Positions 28,267-37,624 of a DNA stretch of 64,000 bases are shown here, piece after piece. Position 1 is the stretch's first letter. Each line of letters begins with the position of its first letter. Location of the stretch: sequence record MZ475891.1; one strand, given 5' to 3'. The notes under the pieces were generated by a model, which was given only the letters and a program-made list of their open reading frames with translations, was not told the DNA's origin and made no database searches. The position numbers were made by a program, and so were the translations under genes.

Positions 28267-28538
28267 GTTACGATCCACCAAAGCCAACTACGTCTCTTGG
28301 CGCTTCCCTTGCTTCACGTTGTGCGCACTCCACCCGAGAGAAAGCAAACAAGACGCGCAAGAAATACCCCGCGACAAAGACTGTGGTTGCTACACTGACC
28401 GCACCTATGCACGCCGCTGTGCAACGTCTGGCCAACAAACGCAATGTGTCTATTCAGCGTTGCTTAGTCAACATGCTCGAAACTGAGTTGGCGAAAGAGG
28501 GTATCACTTACGCTAAAGAACAGGACGAAGACGAATGA
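28263..28538 (+). CDS. ribbon-helix-helix (CopG/Arc-like) DNA-binding protein
   Basis: TVVATLTAPMHAAVQRLANKRNVSIQRCLVNML: strand-helix-helix pattern. Confidence 0.55.
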   Translation: MSYDPPKPTTSLGASLASRCAHSTREKANKTRKKYPATKTVVATLTAPMHAAVQRLANKRNVSIQRCLVNMLETELAKEGITYAKEQDEDE

Positions 28539-29170
28539 AACGTTTAGGTACAGTCATGGCGTTAGGTCTAAAAGACAAAGCGCCAAAGAATACTGACCTC
28601 GACATTACGCCTGTATCGAAAGATGAAGAATGGGGCTCTTTGAGTCCCTTTCACTTAGGTCCGTGTCGAAGCGCAGATGGTATTATGTTCTACAACTTCG
28701 AAAACCTCTGGCAGTATAGCAAAGTCTACGAAGAACATTTGGAGAACACAAACCTCATCCTCTCAGGCGAGATAAGCGCTGATTGGTATCAGTGGCATCT
28801 TAAAGGTGCAAGATCAAAACAGGCGCATCGCTATCCTATGGGAAAAGGCCAGAAGGCTTTATTCTCCAAATGGGGCGACTTGCGCCTTTCGTACATTCCC
28901 GCACGTAAACAGATTTATGTTCCAGGCTACGCCGAGCTACTTCTGCCTCAAAAGAAATTCAAACAACTCCTCAAGCAATACAAGGCCGGCGCCAACATAA
29001 TCGTCAGGGACTACGACACCTACGATCTGCTGAAAGCCTATCCCAATTCTAATCGCATGTGGCTTGATGCTCTTAACAACCCAAACGCCAAGTTCGGTCA
29101 CAGTTTCGTGATCGCTCTTGCTCTCATACTGCACGACAGGCCTCTATGGTACAATCAATGGGTGATATAA
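28535..29170 (+). CDS. NADAR-like (T4 gp30.3/DUF6939-type) protein, putative ADP-ribosylhydrolase
   Basis: LSPF...DGIMFYNFENLWQYSKV...W.....SY..ARKQIY resembles recalled LSNF...DGIQF..LEGFLQGCKV. Confidence 0.5.
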   Translation: MKRLGTVMALGLKDKAPKNTDLDITPVSKDEEWGSLSPFHLGPCRSADGIMFYNFENLWQYSKVYEEHLENTNLILSGEISADWYQWHLKGARSKQAHRYPMGKGQKALFSKWGDLRLSYIPARKQIYVPGYAELLLPQKKFKQLLKQYKAGANIIVRDYDTYDLLKAYPNSNRMWLDALNNPNAKFGHSFVIALALILHDRPLWYNQWVI

Positions 29171-29469
29171 TCTACGAATGGGTCCACGACCTTGGAGGTA
29201 ACGAAAGTCAGAATCTGCCTATCTTGCCTCCAGACATTTATGCGTATGTGCGTGATTCCGTCACTGGCGCACGTACCCCAATCAACTTTGAAGGCCGCAC
29301 CGAGTTACAGCGTCAAGACAAGAAAGTCATAGGCGTTGTCTACTGGTCTAATCGAGCTAATCTGATTTCATGGACGGGTGTAGAGCGCTTTCGTTTTACG
29401 CTGTATGTATTACGCGCCGCACGTAAGTCAAATGAACAACACGAGGAAGCTCAAGTCTGCACTAATTAG
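29146..29469 (+). CDS. hypothetical protein
   Basis: 107 aa; start uncertain. Confidence 0.6.
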   Translation: MVQSMGDIIYEWVHDLGGNESQNLPILPPDIYAYVRDSVTGARTPINFEGRTELQRQDKKVIGVVYWSNRANLISWTGVERFRFTLYVLRAARKSNEQHEEAQVCTN

Positions 29470-29511
29470 GCTGAAATAGTCATCGCGCATAGTACGCTCC
29501 TGTGCTATACT
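29468..29511 (+). promoter_or_regulatory. early promoter P3
   Basis: AGGCTGAAAT N32 TG-C-TATACT. Confidence 0.65.
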
Positions 29512-29556
29512 TATAGACGAAGCAACACATAATCTATTCACGCTAAGGAGCGTACT

Positions 29557-29988
29557 ATGACTATCAACAAGTTTGACTTTCAAACACTGACTACTCCAGA
29601 ACAATGGTCTTCCGCTGCTTGGGGTTTCTATCGTGACTTCGCAGATCGTTTACGCGATGTTATCGGCCGCGATGATCTTTTCTTCGACATTGAAGTTGAC
29701 GGTGGCAGCGATAGTGACCAAGTTGCCGAAGAGATGGTCGATGATGGTGTGATTCATTTACTCATCTCGTATAAAAACGAAGATGAAGATTTCATTAACG
29801 CCAAAGGCGTCTGGCTGTTCCAAGTCACTTACCCGACAGAAAGTGATATTGACGGTGAGTGGTCTAACCGCTTCGTGGTCGATGTGCAGACCGTTGATAT
29901 GGAAATTTTAGAGCTGGTGGATTTTGATAACGGCCATCCACGTTTGCTTGAAGATATTGCAGCGCGTGTTAATCACTGGTTAGTGTAA
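29557..29988 (+). CDS. hypothetical acidic protein
   Basis: 143 aa, AAGGAG hairpin RBS. Confidence 0.8.
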   Translation: MTINKFDFQTLTTPEQWSSAAWGFYRDFADRLRDVIGRDDLFFDIEVDGGSDSDQVAEEMVDDGVIHLLISYKNEDEDFINAKGVWLFQVTYPTESDIDGEWSNRFVVDVQTVDMEILELVDFDNGHPRLLEDIAARVNHWLV

Positions 29989-30053
29989 TTGCTTGCGGGT
30001 CTTTTACGAAGGGCCCGTCGTCAACAACACAAACCCGTTCTGAGGAGAACAAC

Positions 30054-30323
30054 ATGAGTAAATTTTCAGAAGCATCACCTGAAGTACAGAAAGCACTATT
30101 GGCGACTGCCATTATCTCTGTAATGCCTGATGCATGTAAAGGCATGAGCATGAAAAAGAAGCAGCGCTACGCCGCTTTCGTTTTTGACCAGATTGGGATG
30201 ACTGAAGAAGATCTAGGCAACCTAATCGACCAGAGCCTTAACCCTGCTGCTATTGAGGCTGCGGCTATTGTTGATGCCCAAGAAGCTGCTTTGCATACTT
30301 CTCAAAATAAATTTGACGCATAA
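30054..30323 (+). CDS. hypothetical protein
   Basis: 89 aa, GAGGAG hairpin RBS. Confidence 0.75.
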   Translation: MSKFSEASPEVQKALLATAIISVMPDACKGMSMKKKQRYAAFVFDQIGMTEEDLGNLIDQSLNPAAIEAAAIVDAQEAALHTSQNKFDA

Positions 30324-30333
30324 GGGGCTTAAC

Positions 30334-30651
30334 ATGTCATCATCTACTGAACTGCAATTCATCTTCCCAGAGTCAACCACTCTTATCGTTACTGTGGGCA
30401 ACGGCATCGTCCCAGAGTATATGGGCATCCCTGCTAATCAAGAAACCCAGATGACGGGTGAGACTGCATTCAACTTTATGCAGAACTCTAACATCGTGGG
30501 CGTTATGAATCGTTTTGATCAGTCGCTCCTCAACCTGCTTATTGATCGCCATGAGCAGAACGAAGAAGATGAGAGTGCGCTGCGTCAAGCACACATGCAG
30601 AAACACACAAAGAACTCTGGTGTGTATCTGATCATCAAACATCACCGCTAA
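30334..30651 (+). CDS. hypothetical protein
   Basis: TAAGGGG RBS before ATG 30334. Confidence 0.7.
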   Translation: MSSSTELQFIFPESTTLIVTVGNGIVPEYMGIPANQETQMTGETAFNFMQNSNIVGVMNRFDQSLLNLLIDRHEQNEEDESALRQAHMQKHTKNSGVYLIIKHHR

Positions 30652-30714
30652 GATTTGTGAAGGGCATTCGTATGAGTGCTCTTTGAAAATCAACCCTGTT
30701 CTGAGGAGAACAAT

Positions 30715-31125
30715 ATGAAACATGCACAACCCGGCTCTGTATACACCCTGCGTGAAATGCTGACTGAACTGAGTCTGCGCGACACGCCGAATCTTGGCTT
30801 CACTCCTGTTTCTGTGCGTTATCCAGAAACGAAGGAGATTCGCCAGCAGACGGTTCAGGATTCGCATCTGACCGAAGAAGAAATGCTCGCTCTTCCAGGC
30901 TGGGCAGAAACAAAGTGGCGCTACATTCGTGAAACCCACGAGTGGATCCCTGTGTTCGTCGCTGTTGGCAGTGCAGAGATTGAAGCGCTGTGTGTTATTG
31001 AACCCTACACGGACCGCTACTTCCGTAATGAGGGTATCATGCACGTTTACCCTAAGGGCACTGAGCGCTCGCAGCATAAAGCGTATGACCCAGAAACGCA
31101 CGGCACACTGGTTAAAGTGGCCTAA
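30715..31125 (+). CDS. hypothetical protein
   Basis: GAGGAG hairpin RBS before ATG 30715. Confidence 0.75.
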   Translation: MKHAQPGSVYTLREMLTELSLRDTPNLGFTPVSVRYPETKEIRQQTVQDSHLTEEEMLALPGWAETKWRYIRETHEWIPVFVAVGSAEIEALCVIEPYTDRYFRNEGIMHVYPKGTERSQHKAYDPETHGTLVKVA

Positions 31126-31139
31126 GCACAAACTACCTC

Positions 31140-31164
31140 AAGCGGCTTACGGGCCGCTTTTCTT
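31140..31164 (+). terminator. intrinsic terminator
   Basis: AAGCGGCT-TACG-GGCCGCTT followed by TTCTT. Confidence 0.7.
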
Positions 31165-31182
31165 AAACATCAGGAGTCTATC

Positions 31183-31704
31183 ATGAAAACCACCGACGTA
31201 GTTCATATCGCTCATCACCTCATGACCCATCTCGCATCGGCTCGTCTCATCAGTGCATTGACTTTCATCGGTCAGGACGCTGTGCGTTTCAAAGTTGGTT
31301 CGCAGACGTTTGACGTTCGTGGGCGCCACCCAAGCTTCATCGTCCATCAAGTTGAAGGTGGCTGCTTGTGTGCAGACGCAGACTCTGCGGAAATTGAAGC
31401 GCAGTTGAACGGTGACCCAATATCGAGTATGCGTGATCAACTGCCGCATCCTGAGAACGTGCAATCTGCTATCATCGATCACGTCAACTCCATGCCAGAC
31501 AAAGACGTGCAGAACTTTAGTGAACATCAGGGCGGCCCAGACATGGACACGATGTTTGAGCAGCGTCTGTGGTTGAAGAACTGGTTGATTAGTCGTTCAA
31601 TCGTACTCGCCGACATGCTCGACATTGTTGCGTTTCTTGAAGGCACTGAGCGCCGTAACTCACTGGCTATGGCAATTGAACTCAACAAAGGGAAACGCGC
31701 ATGA
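31183..31704 (+). CDS. hypothetical protein
   Basis: 173 aa, AGGAG RBS. Confidence 0.75.
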   Translation: MKTTDVVHIAHHLMTHLASARLISALTFIGQDAVRFKVGSQTFDVRGRHPSFIVHQVEGGCLCADADSAEIEAQLNGDPISSMRDQLPHPENVQSAIIDHVNSMPDKDVQNFSEHQGGPDMDTMFEQRLWLKNWLISRSIVLADMLDIVAFLEGTERRNSLAMAIELNKGKRA

Positions 31705-32201
31705 ACTTTGTACGCAGACTTAAAGCAATCGACCAGTTGCCGTTAATCACTGGTCAGTATTACAATGCGCAAGCTATGGCAGAACAATCAGCATTTGGTT
31801 CGTGTGCGTTTCACATAACTGATCGTGTGGAGCTTGATGGCATCTCGATGTACATTCGTTTCCGCGCCAATCAGCAACGTCTGTGGATGCATCCTGTTTT
31901 GATACTCGCATCAATCGACATTGAACATCAGGGCTGCGGTATCTTCACTGAGCTTCTCGCAGAAGCCCAACGCGTATGTCGTGAGAACAAGTGGGTGCTG
32001 CAAATTGAGAACGTGCTTGAACAACGCTTCCGCCGTTTCCTGTTTGATCGTTCGTTCGAAACTATCGGCGTCGATAAAGATTGTGCGCACGGTAGCATGT
32101 TCTGGTTCTTTGATGAGAAGATCAAAGAAAACGCAACGCAGTTCCAAGCGATGGAAGAAAACATCCGAGAACGCGCCGCTGCACAGAAGGCAACAACATG
32201 A
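31701..32201 (+). CDS. GNAT-like acetyltransferase
   Basis: LILASIDIEHQGCGIFTELL (motif A-like Q/RxxGxG), LQIENV, FLFDRSF. Confidence 0.5.
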   Translation: MNFVRRLKAIDQLPLITGQYYNAQAMAEQSAFGSCAFHITDRVELDGISMYIRFRANQQRLWMHPVLILASIDIEHQGCGIFTELLAEAQRVCRENKWVLQIENVLEQRFRRFLFDRSFETIGVDKDCAHGSMFWFFDEKIKENATQFQAMEENIRERAAAQKATT

Positions 32202-32665
32202 ACATTCCATGGTACATGATGTTTGCCATTGGCTGTGTGCCTCTTTTCTTCTGCTATGTAACTATGCCGTGGTTTCGCGCTGCTGTCAAAAGACGGTTGC
32301 TGTTTAAACCTCGTGACTACGATTCGGTGCAGGAGATCTTAGACACAGGCATCCCACCTGAGATCTCTATCGAATGCTTGCAGGCTAGCTATCGCAGCAA
32401 CATGCCTGTCAAGTACGCGCAACACATCGACTTCTATCCGCACAAGGAAGGCATCGTGTGTTGTCGCATGAAGTACGACGAGCAATTCCCAATCGCTCGT
32501 ATATTTAATGGTGTACTCGTCGCCAACATCGGACTGCTTGCTCTGCCTAGCAAAAAGATGCCGCGCATCACCATTAACTATTCCACTTATCAAGTCACGG
32601 ACTTTGATAGTGATAATGAGTACCTGCACATTTATCTTCAACATAAGGAAGGCAAGCATGAATAA
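32198..32665 (+). CDS. hypothetical protein with N-terminal membrane anchor
   Basis: Hydrophobic residues 4-24. Confidence 0.7.
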   Translation: MNIPWYMMFAIGCVPLFFCYVTMPWFRAAVKRRLLFKPRDYDSVQEILDTGIPPEISIECLQASYRSNMPVKYAQHIDFYPHKEGIVCCRMKYDEQFPIARIFNGVLVANIGLLALPSKKMPRITINYSTYQVTDFDSDNEYLHIYLQHKEGKHE

Positions 32666-33710
32666 CGAATCTGCAATGATCGACGAAGACGTTCTCGAAT
32701 GGCTCGAAGACCTGACCCGTCATAAGTTGCTGGACGTGATTGGCTTAATCAACAATCTGATTTTCGTCCATCGTCCTGTTCTCGATCTGCCGACACTCGG
32801 TACAGACGAAGATGTAGCAGCACTGTCGCACGCTGACCTGACAACGTTGTTCCGTCTGGTTGCACCAGAATGCTCTGTTGATACGAACACGCTGAGCAAT
32901 CTACAACTGCTTGGGCTTATGCTCAATCAGAAAGGCGTTGTTGTGTTCTCGCTGCCAAACAACAACAGCCCGATTCTAACTGCCCGTACATTCAACGTAC
33001 CTAATAAGCCGCAACGTTTGAGCCCAGCTTCATCTAAGGGTGAGATTGCTACTGCTGTTAGCGCGTGGCTATTCGGTTTGTTCCCGCTTGAATTACGCTC
33101 TGACCAAAACGACATGCCGCGTGAGAACGGCCTGTACCTTGCCAAAGACGAGCACGAACAAATTCGTTTCGGGCGTTTGTTCCGTAACGGCGCAGAAGGT
33201 GATGGCTGGACTTTCTGCGAAAGCTATTCTGATGCTACAGCTACTTACTGGCATCACAGCGATTCTCCTGTGGACGACGAACTGCCTATGAGTTTGCTGC
33301 ATAGCTGGCTGCAAGTCTCTGCAACCACTTCACCAAACGAAGTGCATAACGAAAACGTCAGTGTGCTGGTAACTGACTCGCAGCGCATCTTTGCTTTCCT
33401 GCGCAGCCTGAGCCAACACGTTAAAGCTGAGCTGGTGGCCAACTTTGATGGCGTGCTTAACTCGACACATACCAGTGTTGAATCTATCGGGCGTCTGACG
33501 CGTGCTGACTGGACAGCCGCTGCCGTAGCAGTAGCAGATGATAAAGACATGAAGGACGGACTTGGCTCATGGGAAGAGCACAGCGCGTGGGATTGTTTCG
33601 TGGCTACGCTACAAAGTCTACGCTTCAATTTTGATACACGGGAATTCGACCCGATGTATGACTATGGGAAACACGACAATGAGACCGATATTGATCGAGG
33701 AGACGAATAA
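32658..33710 (+). CDS. multi-domain hypothetical protein (HeH-like module; DUF551-like MP.E.GLYL...W segment)
   Basis: AAGGA RBS before ATG 32658. Confidence 0.75.
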   Translation: MNNESAMIDEDVLEWLEDLTRHKLLDVIGLINNLIFVHRPVLDLPTLGTDEDVAALSHADLTTLFRLVAPECSVDTNTLSNLQLLGLMLNQKGVVVFSLPNNNSPILTARTFNVPNKPQRLSPASSKGEIATAVSAWLFGLFPLELRSDQNDMPRENGLYLAKDEHEQIRFGRLFRNGAEGDGWTFCESYSDATATYWHHSDSPVDDELPMSLLHSWLQVSATTSPNEVHNENVSVLVTDSQRIFAFLRSLSQHVKAELVANFDGVLNSTHTSVESIGRLTRADWTAAAVAVADDKDMKDGLGSWEEHSAWDCFVATLQSLRFNFDTREFDPMYDYGKHDNETDIDRGDE

Positions 33711-33717
33711 ACTAAGG

Positions 33718-33897
33718 ATGGCCTACGCACTGACTGCAATATTTCTATCTTGGCTTGAGCTGAGCATTGCAGTTCGGTATCTCGACTATACACAGATTTT
33801 TGATGCGCTGATCATTCTGGTTAGCGGTGTGAATCTGGTGATTGCTTTTATCTCGTCACTTGATGAGGTAGACCATATCTTTTCGTGGGAAGATTAA
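33718..33897 (+). CDS. small membrane protein (2 TM)
   Basis: AAGG RBS; hydrophobic. Confidence 0.6.
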   Translation: MAYALTAIFLSWLELSIAVRYLDYTQIFDALIILVSGVNLVIAFISSLDEVDHIFSWED

Positions 33898-33898
33898 A

Positions 33899-34105
33899 AT
33901 GAAAGACATTGTGCTACACACAGCCCTTTTATTGCCCATGATCGTTGTTAGCTTTTTGACTCTCCATTACATTCGCTTCCTGAGTCTGGGCTACTATATG
34001 CTGATCACTATGACAGCATTCGTACTGGCCGTGTATGCGTGCAAGCGTCTCGCATCTGCTGTCACTAAAAATCGTTTTAACAAAGTGAGAATCAATCGTG
34101 GCTAA
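33899..34105 (+). CDS. small membrane protein (2 TM)
   Basis: 68 aa hydrophobic. Confidence 0.65.
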   Translation: MKDIVLHTALLLPMIVVSFLTLHYIRFLSLGYYMLITMTAFVLAVYACKRLASAVTKNRFNKVRINRG

Positions 34106-34643
34106 ATCTTTCGGTGTGTATCTGACGTTCATTCTGCGCCATCGACCGCAAGACATTGGCATTGCAATGGACACCCAAGGCTGGGTATCAGTTCCTGACT
34201 TGCTCGAACGTGCTCAATACAAGAAGCAGCCAATCACGTTAGAGATGTTGCGTGAAGAAGTTGCTACTGACGGTAAAGGCCGCTTCCAGTTTAACGCTGC
34301 CCACTCGCGCATTCGTTGTGTGCAGGGACATTCAGTTGAGCATGTGATTCTTAACCTCAAGCCGTACACGAATCACAATGACCCGCTGTATCACGGAACA
34401 GCCAGCAAGAACGTTGCGTCTATTCTTGCGCAGGGAATTCTTCGCGGTAAGCGTAAACATGTCCACATCGCGACCAACACCGCTACTGCTAAGCAAGTTG
34501 GTCAGCGTCACGGTGAACCTGTTGTGTTTGAGATCGACACGTATGCCATGATTACTCACGGCTATAAGTTCGAACGAGCCGAGAACGGTGTAATTCTTAT
34601 CGAGCACGTCCCATCCCGATATCTAAGGTTGGTAGAGTTATGA
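34098..34643 (+). CDS. kptA: RNA 2'-phosphotransferase Tpt1/KptA
   Basis: LRHRP, GWV, KGRF, IRCVQGHS, LYHGT, RKHVH, GQRHG, ENGV motifs. Confidence 0.92.
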   Translation: MAKSFGVYLTFILRHRPQDIGIAMDTQGWVSVPDLLERAQYKKQPITLEMLREEVATDGKGRFQFNAAHSRIRCVQGHSVEHVILNLKPYTNHNDPLYHGTASKNVASILAQGILRGKRKHVHIATNTATAKQVGQRHGEPVVFEIDTYAMITHGYKFERAENGVILIEHVPSRYLRLVEL

Positions 34644-35047
34644 CTGAACAACGAATGAGTTATTGCGGTTCACGTTACATCCGTACATCCTCCGGCAGGT
34701 GGTATTTGCTTTTCGAACGAGCCGCCTGCTTGTGCATCAATCGTCATGGTACCCAGTACTGGCGAGCAGGTACGCAAGTGTGGAAGGATGTGTCTCTCTC
34801 AACTCGCGCCACTTTGGAGAACGAGTTTATCAGTCGTACCCGCAAAGATTTCAGGGAGTCGAAGTCTGCGTACAACAGATGGGGCAAGGTGATTCGTACA
34901 CTCATTCTAGGTGCAGGCACTAACGAGCATCTCCACGATTTAGCGTCGATTCTTGAGTCGCTGAGACAGACGCATATAGGACGCAAGCAACAGCAACTGC
35001 GCACTACATTGGATGAAATAGCTATTCAGTCGAGAACTACCCTGTGA
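34640..35047 (+). CDS. hypothetical protein
   Basis: 135 aa, ATGA-type overlap. Confidence 0.65.
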   Translation: MTEQRMSYCGSRYIRTSSGRWYLLFERAACLCINRHGTQYWRAGTQVWKDVSLSTRATLENEFISRTRKDFRESKSAYNRWGKVIRTLILGAGTNEHLHDLASILESLRQTHIGRKQQQLRTTLDEIAIQSRTTL

Positions 35048-35053
35048 TATAAT
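35010..35053 (+). promoter_or_regulatory. early promoter P4 (overlaps the 3' end of the upstream CDS)
   Basis: TGGATGAAAT N32 TG-A-TATAAT. Confidence 0.7.
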
Positions 35054-35104
35054 AGCAGCGAACGCTAAACAGTCTCGTTTAGCTACTTACATGAGGATAT
35101 GTAT

Positions 35105-35206
35105 ATGATTAACAACTACTGCCCGTTTCGCGCTGTGATGTACCACGCTTCAATCATCCTTCTCGCCATTTGCTCTGGCGTTGTTTTAGCCCACGCACAT
35201 TTCTGA
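35105..35206 (+). CDS. 33-aa hydrophobic peptide (below ORF-track cutoff)
   Basis: MINNYCPFRAVMYHASIILLAICSGVVLAHAHF; GAGGA RBS; first ORF after promoter P4. Confidence 0.6.
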   Translation: MINNYCPFRAVMYHASIILLAICSGVVLAHAHF

Positions 35207-35219
35207 GGAGAATATTAAT

Positions 35220-36359
35220 ATGATGCGTAACTTCACGGCAATCCTGCCAGTAACCTGTAATGCCGATTGTTCATTCTGCCCTGAGAAAGAAATGGAGCAG
35301 AAAGCTACGAACCGCCAGTGGCTGACTAACCTCATCTCGCAGATTAATGATCATGCTGGTGAGTTCGACCACGTTTCAATCTCTGGCGGTGAGCCTACGC
35401 TCAAGCCAAAGTTCCTGTTTGAAGTGATCGATGCGATTCGCAATCAAACGGATATCGATAAAGTTGGACTCACGTCTAACGGTCGCTTCCTGAATAAGCA
35501 AGACAGCATTTTTCAGTTTCTTGATCTGAACACAGACGACATGCTGGAAAGCAAGCTGTCCCATCTGAATATCAGCCGTCATTCATTCGATGATGCCAAG
35601 AACAACGAGATCATGAAAGTGCGTTACACGTACACGCTCGATGATCTTGTGAAGTTTAGACGTCAACTCGGCACGAAGCTGAGCTTCCACATTAACTTCG
35701 TTATCAACGAGCACAACATCGATAACATTGAGTGGGAGTTTGCACAGGCTAATCGATTCATGATGGAGAATCCGTGGATCGATGTAGTGTTCCGCGTTGA
35801 CTATGCAAACGAAAAGCTGAATCGTCGTCTGCGTCGTTACGGCCTGTCTGTGCAAGCGTGGCGTGATGCAACTCGCGGCTCTATTCGTGATGAACGCATA
35901 GCGCGTGAGAAGCTGAAAAAGAAACCCAAACTCGTTCAGTTGTTTGATGGAGTGTTTAGCGGTACAACACAGGACAATGACGGTACATTTACCGATGCGT
36001 GTCCAAGCTGTTTCGTACATCGCAGCCAGAAGATTCATAACAACCACGCGTGGCTAAAAGCGTCCTCGTACGAACCGAACGTAGACGAAGAGGAATACAC
36101 TGAGTATGTGTTCCACATGGACGGCGAACTTTACTACGACTGGTCGCGTGCTGAGCCTGTGCCTGCCGTAGAGAAGAAGCCGCGCAAACACAAAGCCATT
36201 CGCATTATCCAGAGAGAAGTGGAAGAAGATGATATGGATGAAGACATGCCTGCATCTTCTCGTATGGGTTGTCAGTATAGAACTGTCGGATGTTCTTACG
36301 GTGAATCAGAATCTGCTGGTGGCTGTTCATTTAGATCTCCTGGCAGCTGTAGCTTTTAA
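35220..36359 (+). CDS. radical SAM protein with Cys-rich C-terminal tail
   Basis: CNADCSFC (CxxxCxxC), ISGGEPT, LTSNG, LNISRH; tail GCQY..GCSY..GCSF..SCSF. Confidence 0.88.
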   Translation: MMRNFTAILPVTCNADCSFCPEKEMEQKATNRQWLTNLISQINDHAGEFDHVSISGGEPTLKPKFLFEVIDAIRNQTDIDKVGLTSNGRFLNKQDSIFQFLDLNTDDMLESKLSHLNISRHSFDDAKNNEIMKVRYTYTLDDLVKFRRQLGTKLSFHINFVINEHNIDNIEWEFAQANRFMMENPWIDVVFRVDYANEKLNRRLRRYGLSVQAWRDATRGSIRDERIAREKLKKKPKLVQLFDGVFSGTTQDNDGTFTDACPSCFVHRSQKIHNNHAWLKASSYEPNVDEEEYTEYVFHMDGELYYDWSRAEPVPAVEKKPRKHKAIRIIQREVEEDDMDEDMPASSRMGCQYRTVGCSYGESESAGGCSFRSPGSCSF

Positions 36360-36372
36360 TTAAGGAAAGATT

Positions 36373-36609
36373 ATGTCAGACCCAAAACCAAAACCAGAAG
36401 TAACAAAAGCTGATCTCCAACATCTGCTGCACGTAGCAGGTGCGTATGAAGGCAACGACCGCCATCGCTGGTACGCAATGTTCGTCGTGCTCAAACTGAA
36501 ACGTCAGATGGACGGTCAGAACCTGCCGCGCTCTTGTGCCAACATTACGCATGAGAGCCAAGACTACGAGATCGAAGAGGCTTGCTACAAGCTGGGGTAT
36601 TTATCATGA
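36373..36609 (+). CDS. hypothetical protein
   Basis: 78 aa, TAAGGA RBS. Confidence 0.7.
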   Translation: MSDPKPKPEVTKADLQHLLHVAGAYEGNDRHRWYAMFVVLKLKRQMDGQNLPRSCANITHESQDYEIEEACYKLGYLS

Positions 36610-36971
36610 AAGAGCGCCGTAACTATTACTGGGATAGCCCGTTCTATTACGGGCTGATACTCTGGCGTAAGCGTATGCGCAATGTCGTGCTGTTTCTGAT
36701 TGCTATCTTAATCTATCATGGCACGCACGCACCCGTAGTTGAGAACATGTGGATGTGGACAGGCACTATCTTCGGCATTCTCTTTCTCGTCTGCTATATC
36801 AAGATGTGGGAATACGAGCGCATGATTCTCGAAGCTATGGGGCCGCTGAATAATAACTGCGTTATCGGTGCTCTTAACTTTGAGAGTCTTGAGCGCCGCC
36901 ATGCTGTTTGGTATCGGAAGAAATTTAAATCCGAACCACCTAAGACTAACACGTATTCGAGGGAAAACTAA
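36606..36971 (+). CDS. membrane protein (2 TM)
   Basis: ATGA-type overlap; two hydrophobic segments. Confidence 0.65.
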   Translation: MKERRNYYWDSPFYYGLILWRKRMRNVVLFLIAILIYHGTHAPVVENMWMWTGTIFGILFLVCYIKMWEYERMILEAMGPLNNNCVIGALNFESLERRHAVWYRKKFKSEPPKTNTYSREN

Positions 36972-37333
36972 TGCCACGTATGTTCACACAGACTCATCGC
37001 AACAAATATAAACTGACCGAAGCTGATGCAGACTATCACGGTGATGCCTGCGAAGCTGTCTATCTTGAAGGTATGGAGTTGCTCAAAGAGCTTCACTATC
37101 TGAAAGGGCTTCTGCATGATCGTCACATTGCAGAAAAGCCGATGCCCATTCCTCCTGAGTCTAAGCGTTGGTCAAAGTGGATGGCTTGCACGAAAATGTC
37201 CCAGCTTGATGTGCGATCCACTGACCGTCTGCGCAAGCGCTATCGTCGTGTCATGGAAGAACTCAAGATTGCCCGCGTGTCTTATACGTTGCTTCACACA
37301 GCGCGACATGCACCGGCGGTTGAGGCTAAGTAA
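36971..37333 (+). CDS. hypothetical protein
   Basis: 120 aa. Confidence 0.7.
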   Translation: MPRMFTQTHRNKYKLTEADADYHGDACEAVYLEGMELLKELHYLKGLLHDRHIAEKPMPIPPESKRWSKWMACTKMSQLDVRSTDRLRKRYRRVMEELKIARVSYTLLHTARHAPAVEAK

Positions 37334-37614
37334 TGCAGTTTACTTCAAAAGAAGAAATAGACGAAACGTATGCAATGGTTGTTCATGCCATGCTGGCCGC
37401 CCTTGTGCCTGACGATACTCGCACAAAAGACCAACGCGTTCTCGACTACGTGGCGAAGCACTTAGCGCCCAATAACATTTTTGACAGGGATCTGTTTAGC
37501 ATTACATTTGAACATCGGTTCAAGTTTCAAACAACACACAGGATGATGCGCAATGCTAAAGTAAGCGGCGCACCTTTTCTATATCTAAAGCAGGCTCATA
37601 GCCTAAAGAATTGA
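37333..37614 (+). CDS. hypothetical protein
   Basis: 93 aa. Confidence 0.65.
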   Translation: MQFTSKEEIDETYAMVVHAMLAALVPDDTRTKDQRVLDYVAKHLAPNNIFDRDLFSITFEHRFKFQTTHRMMRNAKVSGAPFLYLKQAHSLKN

Positions 37615-37624
37615 GGTTAGTATC

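Noticed and set aside
35220-36359. Viperin assignment for the radical SAM protein
   Set aside because: Lacks the recognisable viperin NxHx3CNx2CxFCF context; family left unassigned
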